This document shows, piece after piece, positions 8,403 to 17,937 of a stretch of DNA of 64,000 nucleotides. How positions within the stretch are numbered: position 1 is the stretch's first letter; the number at the start of each line of letters is the position of its first letter. The translations under genes and the position numbers were made by a program. The notes under the pieces are model-generated. The model was given only the letters and a program-made list of their open reading frames with translations, was not told where the DNA came from and made no database searches. Location: positions 1-64,000 of the forward strand of contig JAFGJD010000004.1 in NCBI GenBank assembly GCA_016929235.1. Direction: 5' to 3'. The DNA comes from Candidatus Babeliales bacterium (GTDB lineage Bacteria; Babelota; Babeliae; Babelales; JABCYS01).

Positions 8403-9926
8403 CTATTGACGCCGCCGCTTGCCAGGAGATTTACGGACAAAGAGCTTACTGAACTCTTTCGCAATTGTTTGAAGTCTATTACGGGTTTCTTGGGTCAAGT
8501 CTGCAGTTTCCTCAATTTCAGACACGGTCTTTGGATAAACTGCGCTTGTATAGCTCACAAATTGAATAGCAAACTCATGCACATCAGAAAAATCAACATC
8601 ATCCAAGAAATCTGCCTGTAAGAGGAATAACATCAGTGTCTGCTCAACAAACGTATAGCCTACAAATTCAGGTTGCTTGAGCAATTCAATGACCAACGCA
8701 CCCCGACGAAGCCGACGCTGGGAAACAGGATCAAGCTCTGTGCCAAACTGCGAAAAGTCTAACAGCTCATGATATTGCGCAAGTTCGAGTCGCAAAGCCT
8801 GTGTCACTTTTTTGATCGCATTTGTCTGCGCTGCACCACCAACACGAGACACCGAAAGCTCTGCGTTAACAGCTGGTCGAATGCCTTGGTTAAAGAGCTG
8901 GGTATCCAAGAAAAGCTGCCCATCAGTAATCGAAATTAAGTTGGTTGGAATGTATGCAGTAATATCATCACTTTGAATCGTCACAATCGGCAATGCTGTA
9001 ATAGATCCGCCAGCTGCTAATTTCCCAGCACGCTCAAGTAGGCGCGAGTGAAGATAAAAAATATCACCTGGATATGCTTCACGGCCTGGTGAACGTCGCA
9101 AGAGTAGTGACATTTCTCGATATGCAATTGCATGATTACTCAAATCATCATAAATAACTAGGACATCTTCACCTTGATCACGAAAATATTCAGAAACCGT
9201 GCATCCGACGTACGGTACCATATATTGATTTAATACAGCCTCGCTTGCATCAGCATTAATCACAACGGTATATTTTAATGCGTCATGCTCCTCAAGCGAA
9301 TTAACCAATCGCGCAAGATTTGCTTTTCGTTGCCCGATGGAAACGTAGATACAAATAACATTCTTACCTTTTTGATGAATAATCGTATTAAGGGCAATCG
9401 ATGTCTTACCAGTGCTACGATTTCCAATAATCAATTCACGTTGCCCCTTGCCAATAGGAACCAATGCATCAATGGCAAGAATTCCTGTTTCCAGCGATTC
9501 ATTCACGGGACTTCGTTCAATTACACCCGGAATGTGTGCTTCAACAGCGCGCAACTCTTTTGTTTTTAATTCTCCTAATCCATCGAGAGGTTTTCCAAGA
9601 GCATTAATAACGCGTCCTAAAAGTTGATTTCCAACCTGCGTCTGAAAAACACCACCAGTACGCTTGGCAAGTTCTGATTCGGCAACAGGTATAGTGTTAT
9701 AAAGCAAGAATACAGAAACATATTCTTCTTCTAGGCTCATTACTATACCTTTATTGCCACCCTCAAATGCAATAAGCTCACCAAACACAACATTGGTTAA
9801 GCCATAAAGACGACAAATATTATCACCAACCTGGATCACAATCCCGACCTCTTCCAGTCGTTCCTTGGAGAGACCTGTGAGTGATTTTTCAAACAATGAG
9901 ATGAGGTCCGTACTTTTTAAATCCAT
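8403..9926 (-). CDS. atpA: F1F0 ATP synthase subunit alpha
   Basis: PIGKGQRELIIGNRSTGKT, LLLRRSPGREAYPGDIFYLHSRLLERA, YIPTNLISITDGQ, SVSRVGGAAQ. Confidence 0.98.
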   Translation of the reverse strand: MDLKSTDLISLFEKSLTGLSKERLEEVGIVIQVGDNICRLYGLTNVVFGELIAFEGGNKGIVMSLEEEYVSVFLLYNTIPVAESELAKRTGGVFQTQVGNQLLGRVINALGKPLDGLGELKTKELRAVEAHIPGVIERSPVNESLETGILAIDALVPIGKGQRELIIGNRSTGKTSIALNTIIHQKGKNVICIYVSIGQRKANLARLVNSLEEHDALKYTVVINADASEAVLNQYMVPYVGCTVSEYFRDQGEDVLVIYDDLSNHAIAYREMSLLLRRSPGREAYPGDIFYLHSRLLERAGKLAAGGSITALPIVTIQSDDITAYIPTNLISITDGQLFLDTQLFNQGIRPAVNAELSVSRVGGAAQTNAIKKVTQALRLELAQYHELLDFSQFGTELDPVSQRRLRRGALVIELLKQPEFVGYTFVEQTLMLFLLQADFLDDVDFSDVHEFAIQFVSYTSAVYPKTVSEIEETADLTQETRNRLQTIAKEFSKLFVRKSPGKRRRQ

Positions 9927-10480
9927 TAGTCTCCTGTATCAATCATCGACCGTCGGATAGTTTCAATATTCTTTTTTACCGAATATTCCCACAAGAGAGT
10001 ATCACTTTGTAATCGAAGCCCTGCAATTAACCCCTTATCCACCGAATGTGTATACAACACCTTGTGTGCTGTCTCACGCTCTAGGTATACTACTATATCA
10101 CGCAGTTGTTGATCAGATAATTCATCAGAACTAGTAATAGTAAATGTCTTACAACACGCTTTATCTTTACACAAAAGCTCAATGTATCGCAACACATCAG
10201 GAAGTAAAATCACCCGCTTATGTTGTATAAGTAAGAGCGTAATTTTTTTTAATAATTCACCCACAGAACAGTGATCGAATAATGCACACAAAGCTCTTTC
10301 AACCACTTGAGCATTCATCAATGGTAAGGTAAGAAAAAATAAAATACCACGCTGTTTATTCAACATAGCACTTATTCCCGCGAGAACCTGAATATCATCC
10401 TTACCCAGAGCATCACCCGCAACATTGACAAATGCACAGGCATATCTCTTTGCCAGAATTGTATCACCTATATCCATCAC
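9926..10480 (-). CDS. atpH: F1F0 ATP synthase subunit delta
   Basis: AKRYA near the N-terminus and VDKGLIAGLRL near the C-terminus. Directly upstream of atpA. Confidence 0.9.
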   Translation of the reverse strand: MMDIGDTILAKRYACAFVNVAGDALGKDDIQVLAGISAMLNKQRGILFFLTLPLMNAQVVERALCALFDHCSVGELLKKITLLLIQHKRVILLPDVLRYIELLCKDKACCKTFTITSSDELSDQQLRDIVVYLERETAHKVLYTHSVDKGLIAGLRLQSDTLLWEYSVKKNIETIRRSMIDTGD

Positions 10481-10980
10481 TGTTTCCCTGAGCGAGTTTT
10501 TAGCTTTTCAACAATTTCTCCCACAAATGCTGCATTAGGATTTCGATGCATAAAATATTGTTTAAGAAGCTGTTCAGCATCGTGTAGTGCTGCAGTAATT
10601 ACCTCTTGCTCTGCACCCTCTTGAACGCGATATTCCGACTGAACCTTGCGCTTGTCAAGAAGACGTTTCTCATGTTCTGTATGAGCCTGAATCAACAGTT
10701 TTCTTTTTATTTTTTCCGCATTACTCCATTTTTCTATATTCTCGATCAGGGAACTTCCATATGCCTGCTGCTGTGTAATGTCATGTTCAATGTGAGCGCT
10801 TTGCTCGATAAGACGTAACTGCTCTACTTCAAGCAACCTGACCTGTTTCTTATGCGATTTGATCCCCTCTCTCATTGTGTCTAGAAGATAGTTTTTGACA
10901 AGGTAGACGAGTGTTCCCACTAAGATGGCAAGGTTGGCAATCTTAAAAAGAAAAGTCATAAGAGATTCATTACTCAACAT
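10477..10980 (-). CDS. atpF: F0 subunit b
   Basis: N-terminal TM (FKIANLAILVGTLVYLV) followed by coiled coil. Operon position. Confidence 0.8.
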   Translation of the reverse strand: MLSNESLMTFLFKIANLAILVGTLVYLVKNYLLDTMREGIKSHKKQVRLLEVEQLRLIEQSAHIEHDITQQQAYGSSLIENIEKWSNAEKIKRKLLIQAHTEHEKRLLDKRKVQSEYRVQEGAEQEVITAALHDAEQLLKQYFMHRNPNAAFVGEIVEKLKTRSGKQ

Positions 10981-11332
10981 GACGCAACCTTTCGGTCAAG
11001 GCAGCAACCAAAACCTCTCTTGTCTTTATTTTTTTGTCTTCTGTAACATGCTCATCAGGAAGGGGGACGCTGCGGAATGAACGAGGCTCTACTTCAACTG
11101 TGGGATACAGCTCTTTAAATGACAGCTCAAACACGTCCCAATCATACTTTTTTCGTTGTTCTTTTAGCTCAACATCTTTGCTGTGCGCATCAATGTCATG
11201 CTTCAGAACAGCAACCTCTTCTTCTTCTTTGAGAATCAACGGAATAATAGGCTTAACAATTAAAAAACGGACAATGAGATACCCCATCCAGAAATGGAAC
11301 ATCTGTATAAATAAAGTAAAATTAATCGTCAT
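10970..11332 (-). CDS. F0 subunit b' (second peripheral-stalk subunit, short and divergent)
   Basis: MTINFTLFIQMFHFW...LIVKPIIPLI is a b-type N-terminus. Lies between atpE and atpF. Confidence 0.7.
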   Translation of the reverse strand: MTINFTLFIQMFHFWMGYLIVRFLIVKPIIPLILKEEEEVAVLKHDIDAHSKDVELKEQRKKYDWDVFELSFKELYPTVEVEPRSFRSVPLPDEHVTEDKKIKTREVLVAALTERLRHVE

Positions 11333-11350
11333 GCCAACACGATAACTGTT

Positions 11351-11605
11351 TTATCGACTATAAAAAATAAGCATAATCGCAATCACCAGAGAGAACACAC
11401 TCGCAGTTTCAACAATACCTAGTGCAAGTAGCATAGACGTTCTAATCTGTCCTGCACTTTCTGGGAACTTGCTTATTGTTTCAAGACCTTTAACGCCAAT
11501 AAGTCCCTGCGAAACAGATGGACCTATGGTTCCAATAGCAATAGCAAACGCAGCACCAAAATAGGCTGCCATTTTTGCGTATTGTATCGTCATTAGATTA
11601 TCCAT
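11351..11605 (-). CDS. atpE: F0 subunit c
   Basis: 84-aa two-TM hairpin with Gly-rich helix 1 (IGPSVSQG) and the ion-binding Glu in GIVETASVFSLVIA. Confidence 0.95.
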   Translation of the reverse strand: MDNLMTIQYAKMAAYFGAAFAIAIGTIGPSVSQGLIGVKGLETISKFPESAGQIRTSMLLALGIVETASVFSLVIAIMLIFYSR

Positions 11606-11629
11606 TATTCATCCTTTCATACAGAAGCA

Positions 11630-12352
11630 TCAAAATACAATTTCTTTTTCAGGATGTCGCTCAAGCGTTATTCCTGGAACAAGATCAAAAAAATCAATGA
11701 TACAATTCATATGTCGTTCTTGCTCTTGCTCATCTTGCTCAAATTCTTTATTGCATTCCAAAACAAGCACGGGTATATCACGTAAATAGTTTGCAATGCC
11801 TTTTTTGGTAACAAGCCACTCTTCATGTTTTGCATGCAGCATCTTCAAATAATTAAGCGAAACACTCGACTCTTCTGAACGATTACGCTTACACATTCGT
11901 TGGTAACATACCTCAGGAGACGTCTTTAAGTAAATAAAACCAACTGGCTTAGTAACATAGCGATCAACAAGCCACGAAAACCATTCTTGATACAAACGCC
12001 ACTCAAGAGGAGACATAACACCCATTTCGTAACAGTTCCGGGCAAAACAATAGCGATCCGAAAAAACAGATCGCTCTAAAACTTGGACGCCTCCGGGTCG
12101 CTTCAAGGCCTGCTCTTCTTGCTCAAGAACTCTCGTCACAAATGCATAAGTCTGAAAGGTATAAGCCCAACGCTTGGTATCATTATAGAACTTATCAAGC
12201 AAATTATCCCCTGTCCCAAGATTCTGCCACTTCTCATGTGGCTCATAGACAAGCTGCACATCAAGATACTTGCCAATGATTCCCAAAAAGGTTGACTTCC
12301 CTGCCCCTACGTTTCCTTCTAAAATGAGCGTTTTAGCTTTATTTGAGTCCAT
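11630..12352 (-). CDS. Deoxynucleoside kinase (dCK/dGK family)
   Basis: P-loop EGNVGAGKST, ERSVFSDRY motif, lid RMCKRNRSEE. Confidence 0.93.
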   Translation of the reverse strand: MDSNKAKTLILEGNVGAGKSTFLGIIGKYLDVQLVYEPHEKWQNLGTGDNLLDKFYNDTKRWAYTFQTYAFVTRVLEQEEQALKRPGGVQVLERSVFSDRYCFARNCYEMGVMSPLEWRLYQEWFSWLVDRYVTKPVGFIYLKTSPEVCYQRMCKRNRSEESSVSLNYLKMLHAKHEEWLVTKKGIANYLRDIPVLVLECNKEFEQDEQEQERHMNCIIDFFDLVPGITLERHPEKEIVF

Positions 12353-12473
12353 ACATCTCCCTTATGTCGGCTCTTGATACTTCCCAGAATCTGTCAGGGA
12401 GGTAGCATACTCCCTTAAGCTTTAAAAATCGAATTTTTCTTTACCTGGGGGGCTATTTCTGAATGCCGGGCTT

Positions 12474-12502
12474 TTGTCATTAGAAACAAAATCCGGTATA
12501 GT
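12474..12502 (+). promoter_or_regulatory. Sigma70-like promoter for the 12614 gene cluster
   Basis: TTGTCA-17 bp-TATAGT in the divergent intergenic region. Confidence 0.6.
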
Positions 12503-12613
12503 GAAGGACCTGAAGCTAGAAATCCATCTCAGGTTTGGCAACGAACATGGTTGCTATTTGAAACCTGACCCTAAGAGATAAAAAAAGTTTATACAAAAAA
12601 TGGAAGTGGCTGC

Positions 12614-14365
12614 ATGTTCTTAACCAAAAAAAGGCTGTTTTTTGCTTGGTTTAGTCTCTGTTTACTCACCAGCACTCAGCCAATGCTTCCAGATTCTAAT
12701 GCTGCATTTGAGGATGATTTTTTTGGACCGAACCGTGAGATTGAGGGTGACCCCTTTGAGCTAGAAGACCCTTTTGCAGACTATCTAGGTAATCTCGATG
12801 AAGAGGATCTTGGTGTAGGTCCATTACGTAGCAATCCAAACCCAGCCTATATCCTCATACCAGTCATGAACGAATGTGGCATGGTTGAGATTTTCAAGCA
12901 TAGCCTATTCTGCCATACCTATCCCCTGAATGAACGCAATATACTTGATAACCCTATTTTTTACACACCACTCTCTGATAAAAAAAGTATGACCCTTAAG
13001 GGCCATTTTTTTTATAACCACACACGAAAAAACTATTTTACTGAACAAAATAACGGTATTGGTTCTTACCTTGCAATCAACCACAGTACTTTTACACAAG
13101 CTCTCCAAAACTCCTTTAACAGAACATTGGAAATAGAAACGTGCCGTGACTTTTTCACGAATACTATCGGCATTGAAGAAGAATATTTTGAAACAGATAT
13201 TCAACAAAAATTCGCATTATTAAAAAATATCCGCGTTGAAGATCGACGCGTAGGTGTCATGTTTGAGCTACTTGCACCATTCAACAATCTTAACTACGTC
13301 ACCCAACTCATCTTCAATCTAAAAATTCCATTCTTATACCGGGAACGAAATGTCACTGCATCGTCAAAAGACATAACGAGGCTCAAAGATGATATCAGTG
13401 AGTTTTTCCCACAGACAACCGAAACTCCGGATGCTTCTTTGATGGAGGTTATTAAAAATCCATTTGTCCGTGAATATGCAATCCGTGATAAAATAGGATT
13501 TGGAGATAGCAGACTTAGTATTGGGTATAAGGTTGCCGACACCGAGAAATATCAATTTGCGCTCGGACCTGAGTTCACCTTTCCAACCGCCATTACCTTA
13601 CAACATAATGTGTGGAGCACTGCCCGTAAAATTCCCCCGAAGCGTCCTACATTCGATCTATCAGAATTTTTTCAACGAGCCGATGCAAATCCAGAGGTAG
13701 CCCTTGTTCGCGAGCTCAAAGATATTGGAACATCCGCCATTGAGCGCCTTGATGACATGCTCCTAAATACCGGGCTCGGAAATGGCGGCCACTTTGGTCT
13801 TGGTATTTTCATAGAGCCAACAGTCCACTTTAATAAAGATACGCACTGGTATAATCGTTTAGCCTTTGAAGCTCTATTACCAGGAACTCACCGTCGTTAT
13901 TTTCTAAAAAAGGTTGATATTTCAGAATTTGACGGGCGAGACTTTGCAAGTGATGATGAAACAATTGCTGATGACAACATGAGTTTTTTGAATCAAAGAT
14001 TGTTGGATATGGTATTCCCTAACGATTTTCTTGTACGCGTAACACCAGGTGCTCAGTTGAAAATCACCAGTATAGTTGATCATGTCCATGGCAACTGGAA
14101 GTTTAAGCTCGGCACTGATTATTGGCTTCAGGGACGAGAAAGTTTCCGCTTCATTGACATGAATAGCACGGGCATTGCAAATTATGAAATTGAACGCGGA
14201 CGTCGGCCATCAGCAAAACAGTTGAAATTTTTAGGTGGTTTTGCTTACGATACCACAGTTGGTAATGCAACGACTCGCTTGTTTCTTAATGCTGAAACAA
14301 CTGCATTCAGTTCTGGAATTGGGAAGGATTTCACCGTAGCAGGCGGTTTAGTCGTGACTTGGTAA
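12614..14365 (+). CDS. Exported protein, probable outer-membrane beta-barrel
   Basis: Signal peptide, acidic N-terminal linker, alternating beta-like strands in the C-terminal half, terminal aromatic residue (AGGLVVTW). Confidence 0.6.
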   Translation: MFLTKKRLFFAWFSLCLLTSTQPMLPDSNAAFEDDFFGPNREIEGDPFELEDPFADYLGNLDEEDLGVGPLRSNPNPAYILIPVMNECGMVEIFKHSLFCHTYPLNERNILDNPIFYTPLSDKKSMTLKGHFFYNHTRKNYFTEQNNGIGSYLAINHSTFTQALQNSFNRTLEIETCRDFFTNTIGIEEEYFETDIQQKFALLKNIRVEDRRVGVMFELLAPFNNLNYVTQLIFNLKIPFLYRERNVTASSKDITRLKDDISEFFPQTTETPDASLMEVIKNPFVREYAIRDKIGFGDSRLSIGYKVADTEKYQFALGPEFTFPTAITLQHNVWSTARKIPPKRPTFDLSEFFQRADANPEVALVRELKDIGTSAIERLDDMLLNTGLGNGGHFGLGIFIEPTVHFNKDTHWYNRLAFEALLPGTHRRYFLKKVDISEFDGRDFASDDETIADDNMSFLNQRLLDMVFPNDFLVRVTPGAQLKITSIVDHVHGNWKFKLGTDYWLQGRESFRFIDMNSTGIANYEIERGRRPSAKQLKFLGGFAYDTTVGNATTRLFLNAETTAFSSGIGKDFTVAGGLVVTW

Positions 14366-14389
14366 TCTCTTAATCCTGAGGAGAATGGG

Positions 14390-15079
14390 ATGGTACAAAA
14401 ATCCCTTATAACATTTACAATCCTTCTAGGACTTTACACTACGACAACGACAAAGCCCTTTTTTGACAATGACATTATTCGACTACTTGATGGTATGCGT
14501 ATTGGAAGTGCAAATGCAGGGATCTGCGGAAAAGATATGCATGATTATCTGTGGCTCATCAACGAGATTCGCATCATGCAAGACGGCATGCAAAATAGAA
14601 AAACTTCAGCTGTAGTAAAACGATATCGACATCGTGGTATCCCATGCACACTCAGAGAGTTAGCAGAACATGAGAGTCGGCTTCAAGAAGATCTAAGGGA
14701 TCCATGGAAAGACCATGACTCAGTTCTAGCAGAAATCAATGAGCTCAGACATCCGCTTGCAGAAGTAAAAGAGGACTTCATTAGGAAAGCTGGAGGCTTT
14801 GTCCAACAGATTCGTCTTACAAAACGATTCATTGTGGAACTGATCGAAGAATGGGCATCCCGCCGGCATCGAGACGATACATTATTACTTGAGTGGGCCA
14901 AAGTAGCCGATAAAGAAATTGAAGCTTTCAGAGAAATGGCTACAAGCAACACTATCCTCAATGAGTTTCTTGGTGACCTACGACAGTTTCTTACCGATAT
15001 GGCATCAAGTTGTCCCAAAGCATTTCAAGAATTTTTAGAACATAAAGCCGAATATACTAAGGCAGCAAACAAGTCGTAA
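14390..15079 (+). CDS. Hypothetical exported helical protein
   Basis: RBS gaggag, hydrophobic N-terminus, 229 aa. Confidence 0.7.
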   Translation: MVQKSLITFTILLGLYTTTTTKPFFDNDIIRLLDGMRIGSANAGICGKDMHDYLWLINEIRIMQDGMQNRKTSAVVKRYRHRGIPCTLRELAEHESRLQEDLRDPWKDHDSVLAEINELRHPLAEVKEDFIRKAGGFVQQIRLTKRFIVELIEEWASRRHRDDTLLLEWAKVADKEIEAFREMATSNTILNEFLGDLRQFLTDMASSCPKAFQEFLEHKAEYTKAANKS

Positions 15080-15088
15080 CGAAGGAAT

Positions 15089-17272
15089 ATGAGCACCTGT
15101 GAACAACTTCATGGAACTATAGAAAAAATTCTGTTCTCCAACAGTGAAACTGGATACGCGGTATTTACACTGCGTGTTACCTCGTCGTTGATCGCTACTG
15201 CAACAGGCATGGTTCCCGCAATCGCAGTTGGACAAAAAGTAAAGCTTCACGGTATTTGGACGATACATCCAAAATTCGGCAAGCAATTCACTATCGATTC
15301 ATGCTCTATTGATCTCCCTTCATCAGCTCTTGGCTTAAAAAAGTATCTCGGCTCAGGACTAATACGTGGTATAGGTAAACATTTTGCAGAAAAGCTTGTT
15401 GATCATTTTGGCACTGAGATTCTTAAAATCATTGATGCTGATCCTGAACGACTTAGAGATCTCCCAGGCATTGGTCCTGCACGCATTCAATCGATTAAAG
15501 AAGCATGGCTCGAACATAAGGCAATCTCTGCCATTATGGTTTTCCTACAGGACAAAGGAATATCGGCAACATATGCCACCAAGATATTTAAAAAATACGG
15601 AAATGAATCCATCGCCCTATTAAATGAAAATCCGTATCGACTTGCCTACGATATCTGGGGAATCGGGTTCAAGCTTGCTGATAAAATTGCAAACAACATG
15701 GGATTTGAACCAACATCAACACAGCGGGCAAAAGCAGGCATATTGTACGCCATCAGTCGCGCAGTTGATGACGGGCATCTCTATGTTGAAGTCAACGAAC
15801 TAAAGCAAGCAACCTGTAAGCTTCTTGACCTGAACCTTGATGAGCACGCAAAACTTATCAAGTACGCGCTACATGCACTACATCACGAAGAAAAAATCAA
15901 AGTCCTCTCCTATGACGCCAAACACTACATAACACTCTCTGGGTACTATTACTCAGAACATGGCTGTGCAATGCGGCTAAGAACAATCCTGGAGCATGAC
16001 TCAGGAATCTTCTGTAATCCAACAGATATCTATAATCACCTTCGCGAGAATACATCTAAGAGCCATGCCCTTAACGAAGAACAACAACGCGGGATCATGG
16101 CCTGTCTCCAAAATAAAATCACCATCGTCACTGGCGGCCCAGGAACAGGTAAAACCACACTGATTCGCCAATTACTTGATGTCGCTGATATTAACGGAAT
16201 CTCGTATCAACTTGCAGCGCCAACAGGACGCGCAGCAAAGCGCATGCAAGAAGGAACAGGCCGCCATGCTATGACTCTACACAGATTACTCGATTTTGAT
16301 CCGTCTTCTATGAGCTTTCGTCAAAACGAGCATAATGCTCTGAAAACGAAATTGCTTATTGTTGATGAAGCTTCAATGATCGATATCTTTTTAGCCCATG
16401 CAGTCAGCAAAGCACTACCACTCAATGCACATTTAGTGTTGATTGGTGATATTGACCAGTTACCATCGGTAGGTGCAGGTAATGTACTAAGAGACTTAAT
16501 TTCCAGTAATAAAATAACTACTATCCAGCTACGACATATTTTTCGCCAGGCACAAAATAGTATGATTGTGGTTAACGCGCACCGAGTGAATGCGGGAGAA
16601 TTTCCCACAACACGTATTCCAGAAAGCAGAAAGGACTTTTTATTTGTTAGAGAAAATGATCCCTCTCATATCATGAATCATATAGAACGCATATATAGAT
16701 CTGAGATCAAGCGCCATCATATCACTCCAGAGCAAACACAAGTACTGGTTCCTATGAATCGGGGTAGTGTCGGAACTCAAGTACTTAATATGCATGTCCA
16801 AGAGCTTTTAAATCCACCGCGGGGAACTACCGTTGCTTATGCAGGTTCGACATTCCATGAGGGAGATCGAGTTATGCAAATCAAAAATAATTACGACAAA
16901 CATGTATTTAATGGCGACATGGGTTATATCGAATCGATCGACCCTGAAGATCAATCTCTTATCGTACGATTTTATGATACGCTCTTGGTCACCTATGAAC
17001 GTAATGATCTTGATGAACTGGTACTATCATACGCAATAACCATTCATAAAAGCCAGGGCTCGGAATACGATGCAGTTATCATTCCTATCTTTACTCAACA
17101 TTATGCGTTACTCCAGAGAAATTTGATTTATACTGCAATCACACGAGCTAAAAAACTATGTATACTCGTAGGGCAAACAAAAGCCATTGCCATGGCAGTA
17201 AAAAAATTAAATCAACAAAAACGCATCACATTTTTACGGGTGATGCTGAGTGAAGATGTAGAATGTCGCTAA
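15089..17272 (+). CDS. recD2: ATP-dependent RecD2 (RecD-like) DNA helicase
   Basis: YLGSGLIRGIG HhH region, TGGPGTGKTT, APTGRAAKR, VDEASM, GDIDQLPSVG, YAITIHKSQGSE, YTAITRA. Confidence 0.96.
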   Translation: MSTCEQLHGTIEKILFSNSETGYAVFTLRVTSSLIATATGMVPAIAVGQKVKLHGIWTIHPKFGKQFTIDSCSIDLPSSALGLKKYLGSGLIRGIGKHFAEKLVDHFGTEILKIIDADPERLRDLPGIGPARIQSIKEAWLEHKAISAIMVFLQDKGISATYATKIFKKYGNESIALLNENPYRLAYDIWGIGFKLADKIANNMGFEPTSTQRAKAGILYAISRAVDDGHLYVEVNELKQATCKLLDLNLDEHAKLIKYALHALHHEEKIKVLSYDAKHYITLSGYYYSEHGCAMRLRTILEHDSGIFCNPTDIYNHLRENTSKSHALNEEQQRGIMACLQNKITIVTGGPGTGKTTLIRQLLDVADINGISYQLAAPTGRAAKRMQEGTGRHAMTLHRLLDFDPSSMSFRQNEHNALKTKLLIVDEASMIDIFLAHAVSKALPLNAHLVLIGDIDQLPSVGAGNVLRDLISSNKITTIQLRHIFRQAQNSMIVVNAHRVNAGEFPTTRIPESRKDFLFVRENDPSHIMNHIERIYRSEIKRHHITPEQTQVLVPMNRGSVGTQVLNMHVQELLNPPRGTTVAYAGSTFHEGDRVMQIKNNYDKHVFNGDMGYIESIDPEDQSLIVRFYDTLLVTYERNDLDELVLSYAITIHKSQGSEYDAVIIPIFTQHYALLQRNLIYTAITRAKKLCILVGQTKAIAMAVKKLNQQKRITFLRVMLSEDVECR

Positions 17273-17937
17273 AAAATTTTCTCGCCATTTGCTGCACAGT
17301 CTTATCCATCTTTCACCTTAATGCCCGCTCTATCAAACCATTCTCTATCATGCTTGACCCTGCGGGTGATGCACAAAATACAGGACGTATTGTTGGCGAC
17401 TCGTTTGAGCGCGGAATCACTTTACAATTTGCCGAAGCATTGAAACATGAACTCGAAGCAACCTATCAATCGATTCGAGTTATTCTGAGTCGCGTACCAG
17501 GAGAAACTATTGAACCGCTTCAAAATGCGAACTTTGCCAATCGTCTCAATGTTGATCTCTATCTCAGCATTCACTTTTATGAAGATGTCAAAGAACATCC
17601 ACAAATGTATTTGTACTATTTTATCTATAATCCAGTTACCGATCGTTGGAATACCACACGTCGCCTCTCATTTTATCCGTATGACCAGGCTCACCTTATT
17701 TCCATAAAAACTACCCAGTCATGGGCTCAGACTCTTTTTAATAATTTGAATCAACAAAAGTATAAGAAGCTCTTCACAATGCATGAAATAGCTGGTTTAC
17801 CATTTAAACCTCTCATTGGAGTTCGAGCGCCTGCACTCGCATTAGAAGCAAGTTTGAAATCAAAACGCGATTGGTCCATTTATCTTGAACCAATCGTTGC
17901 AAGCCTTGGACCGCTCCTACAAAAAGGGAGCGCATGA
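17263..17937 (+). CDS. N-acetylmuramoyl-L-alanine amidase-like protein (Amidase_3 fold) with signal peptide
   Basis: IMLDPAG...ERGITLQFAEALK...ANFANRLNVDLYLSIH...PALALE. The first Zn-ligand His is absent. Confidence 0.8.
   Translation: MSLKNFLAICCTVLSIFHLNARSIKPFSIMLDPAGDAQNTGRIVGDSFERGITLQFAEALKHELEATYQSIRVILSRVPGETIEPLQNANFANRLNVDLYLSIHFYEDVKEHPQMYLYYFIYNPVTDRWNTTRRLSFYPYDQAHLISIKTTQSWAQTLFNNLNQQKYKKLFTMHEIAGLPFKPLIGVRAPALALEASLKSKRDWSIYLEPIVASLGPLLQKGSA

Noticed and set aside
9400..9430. AtpA Walker A variant GNRSTGKT
   Set aside because: The GKT core is intact and alpha is the non-catalytic subunit. Insufficient evidence of functional change.
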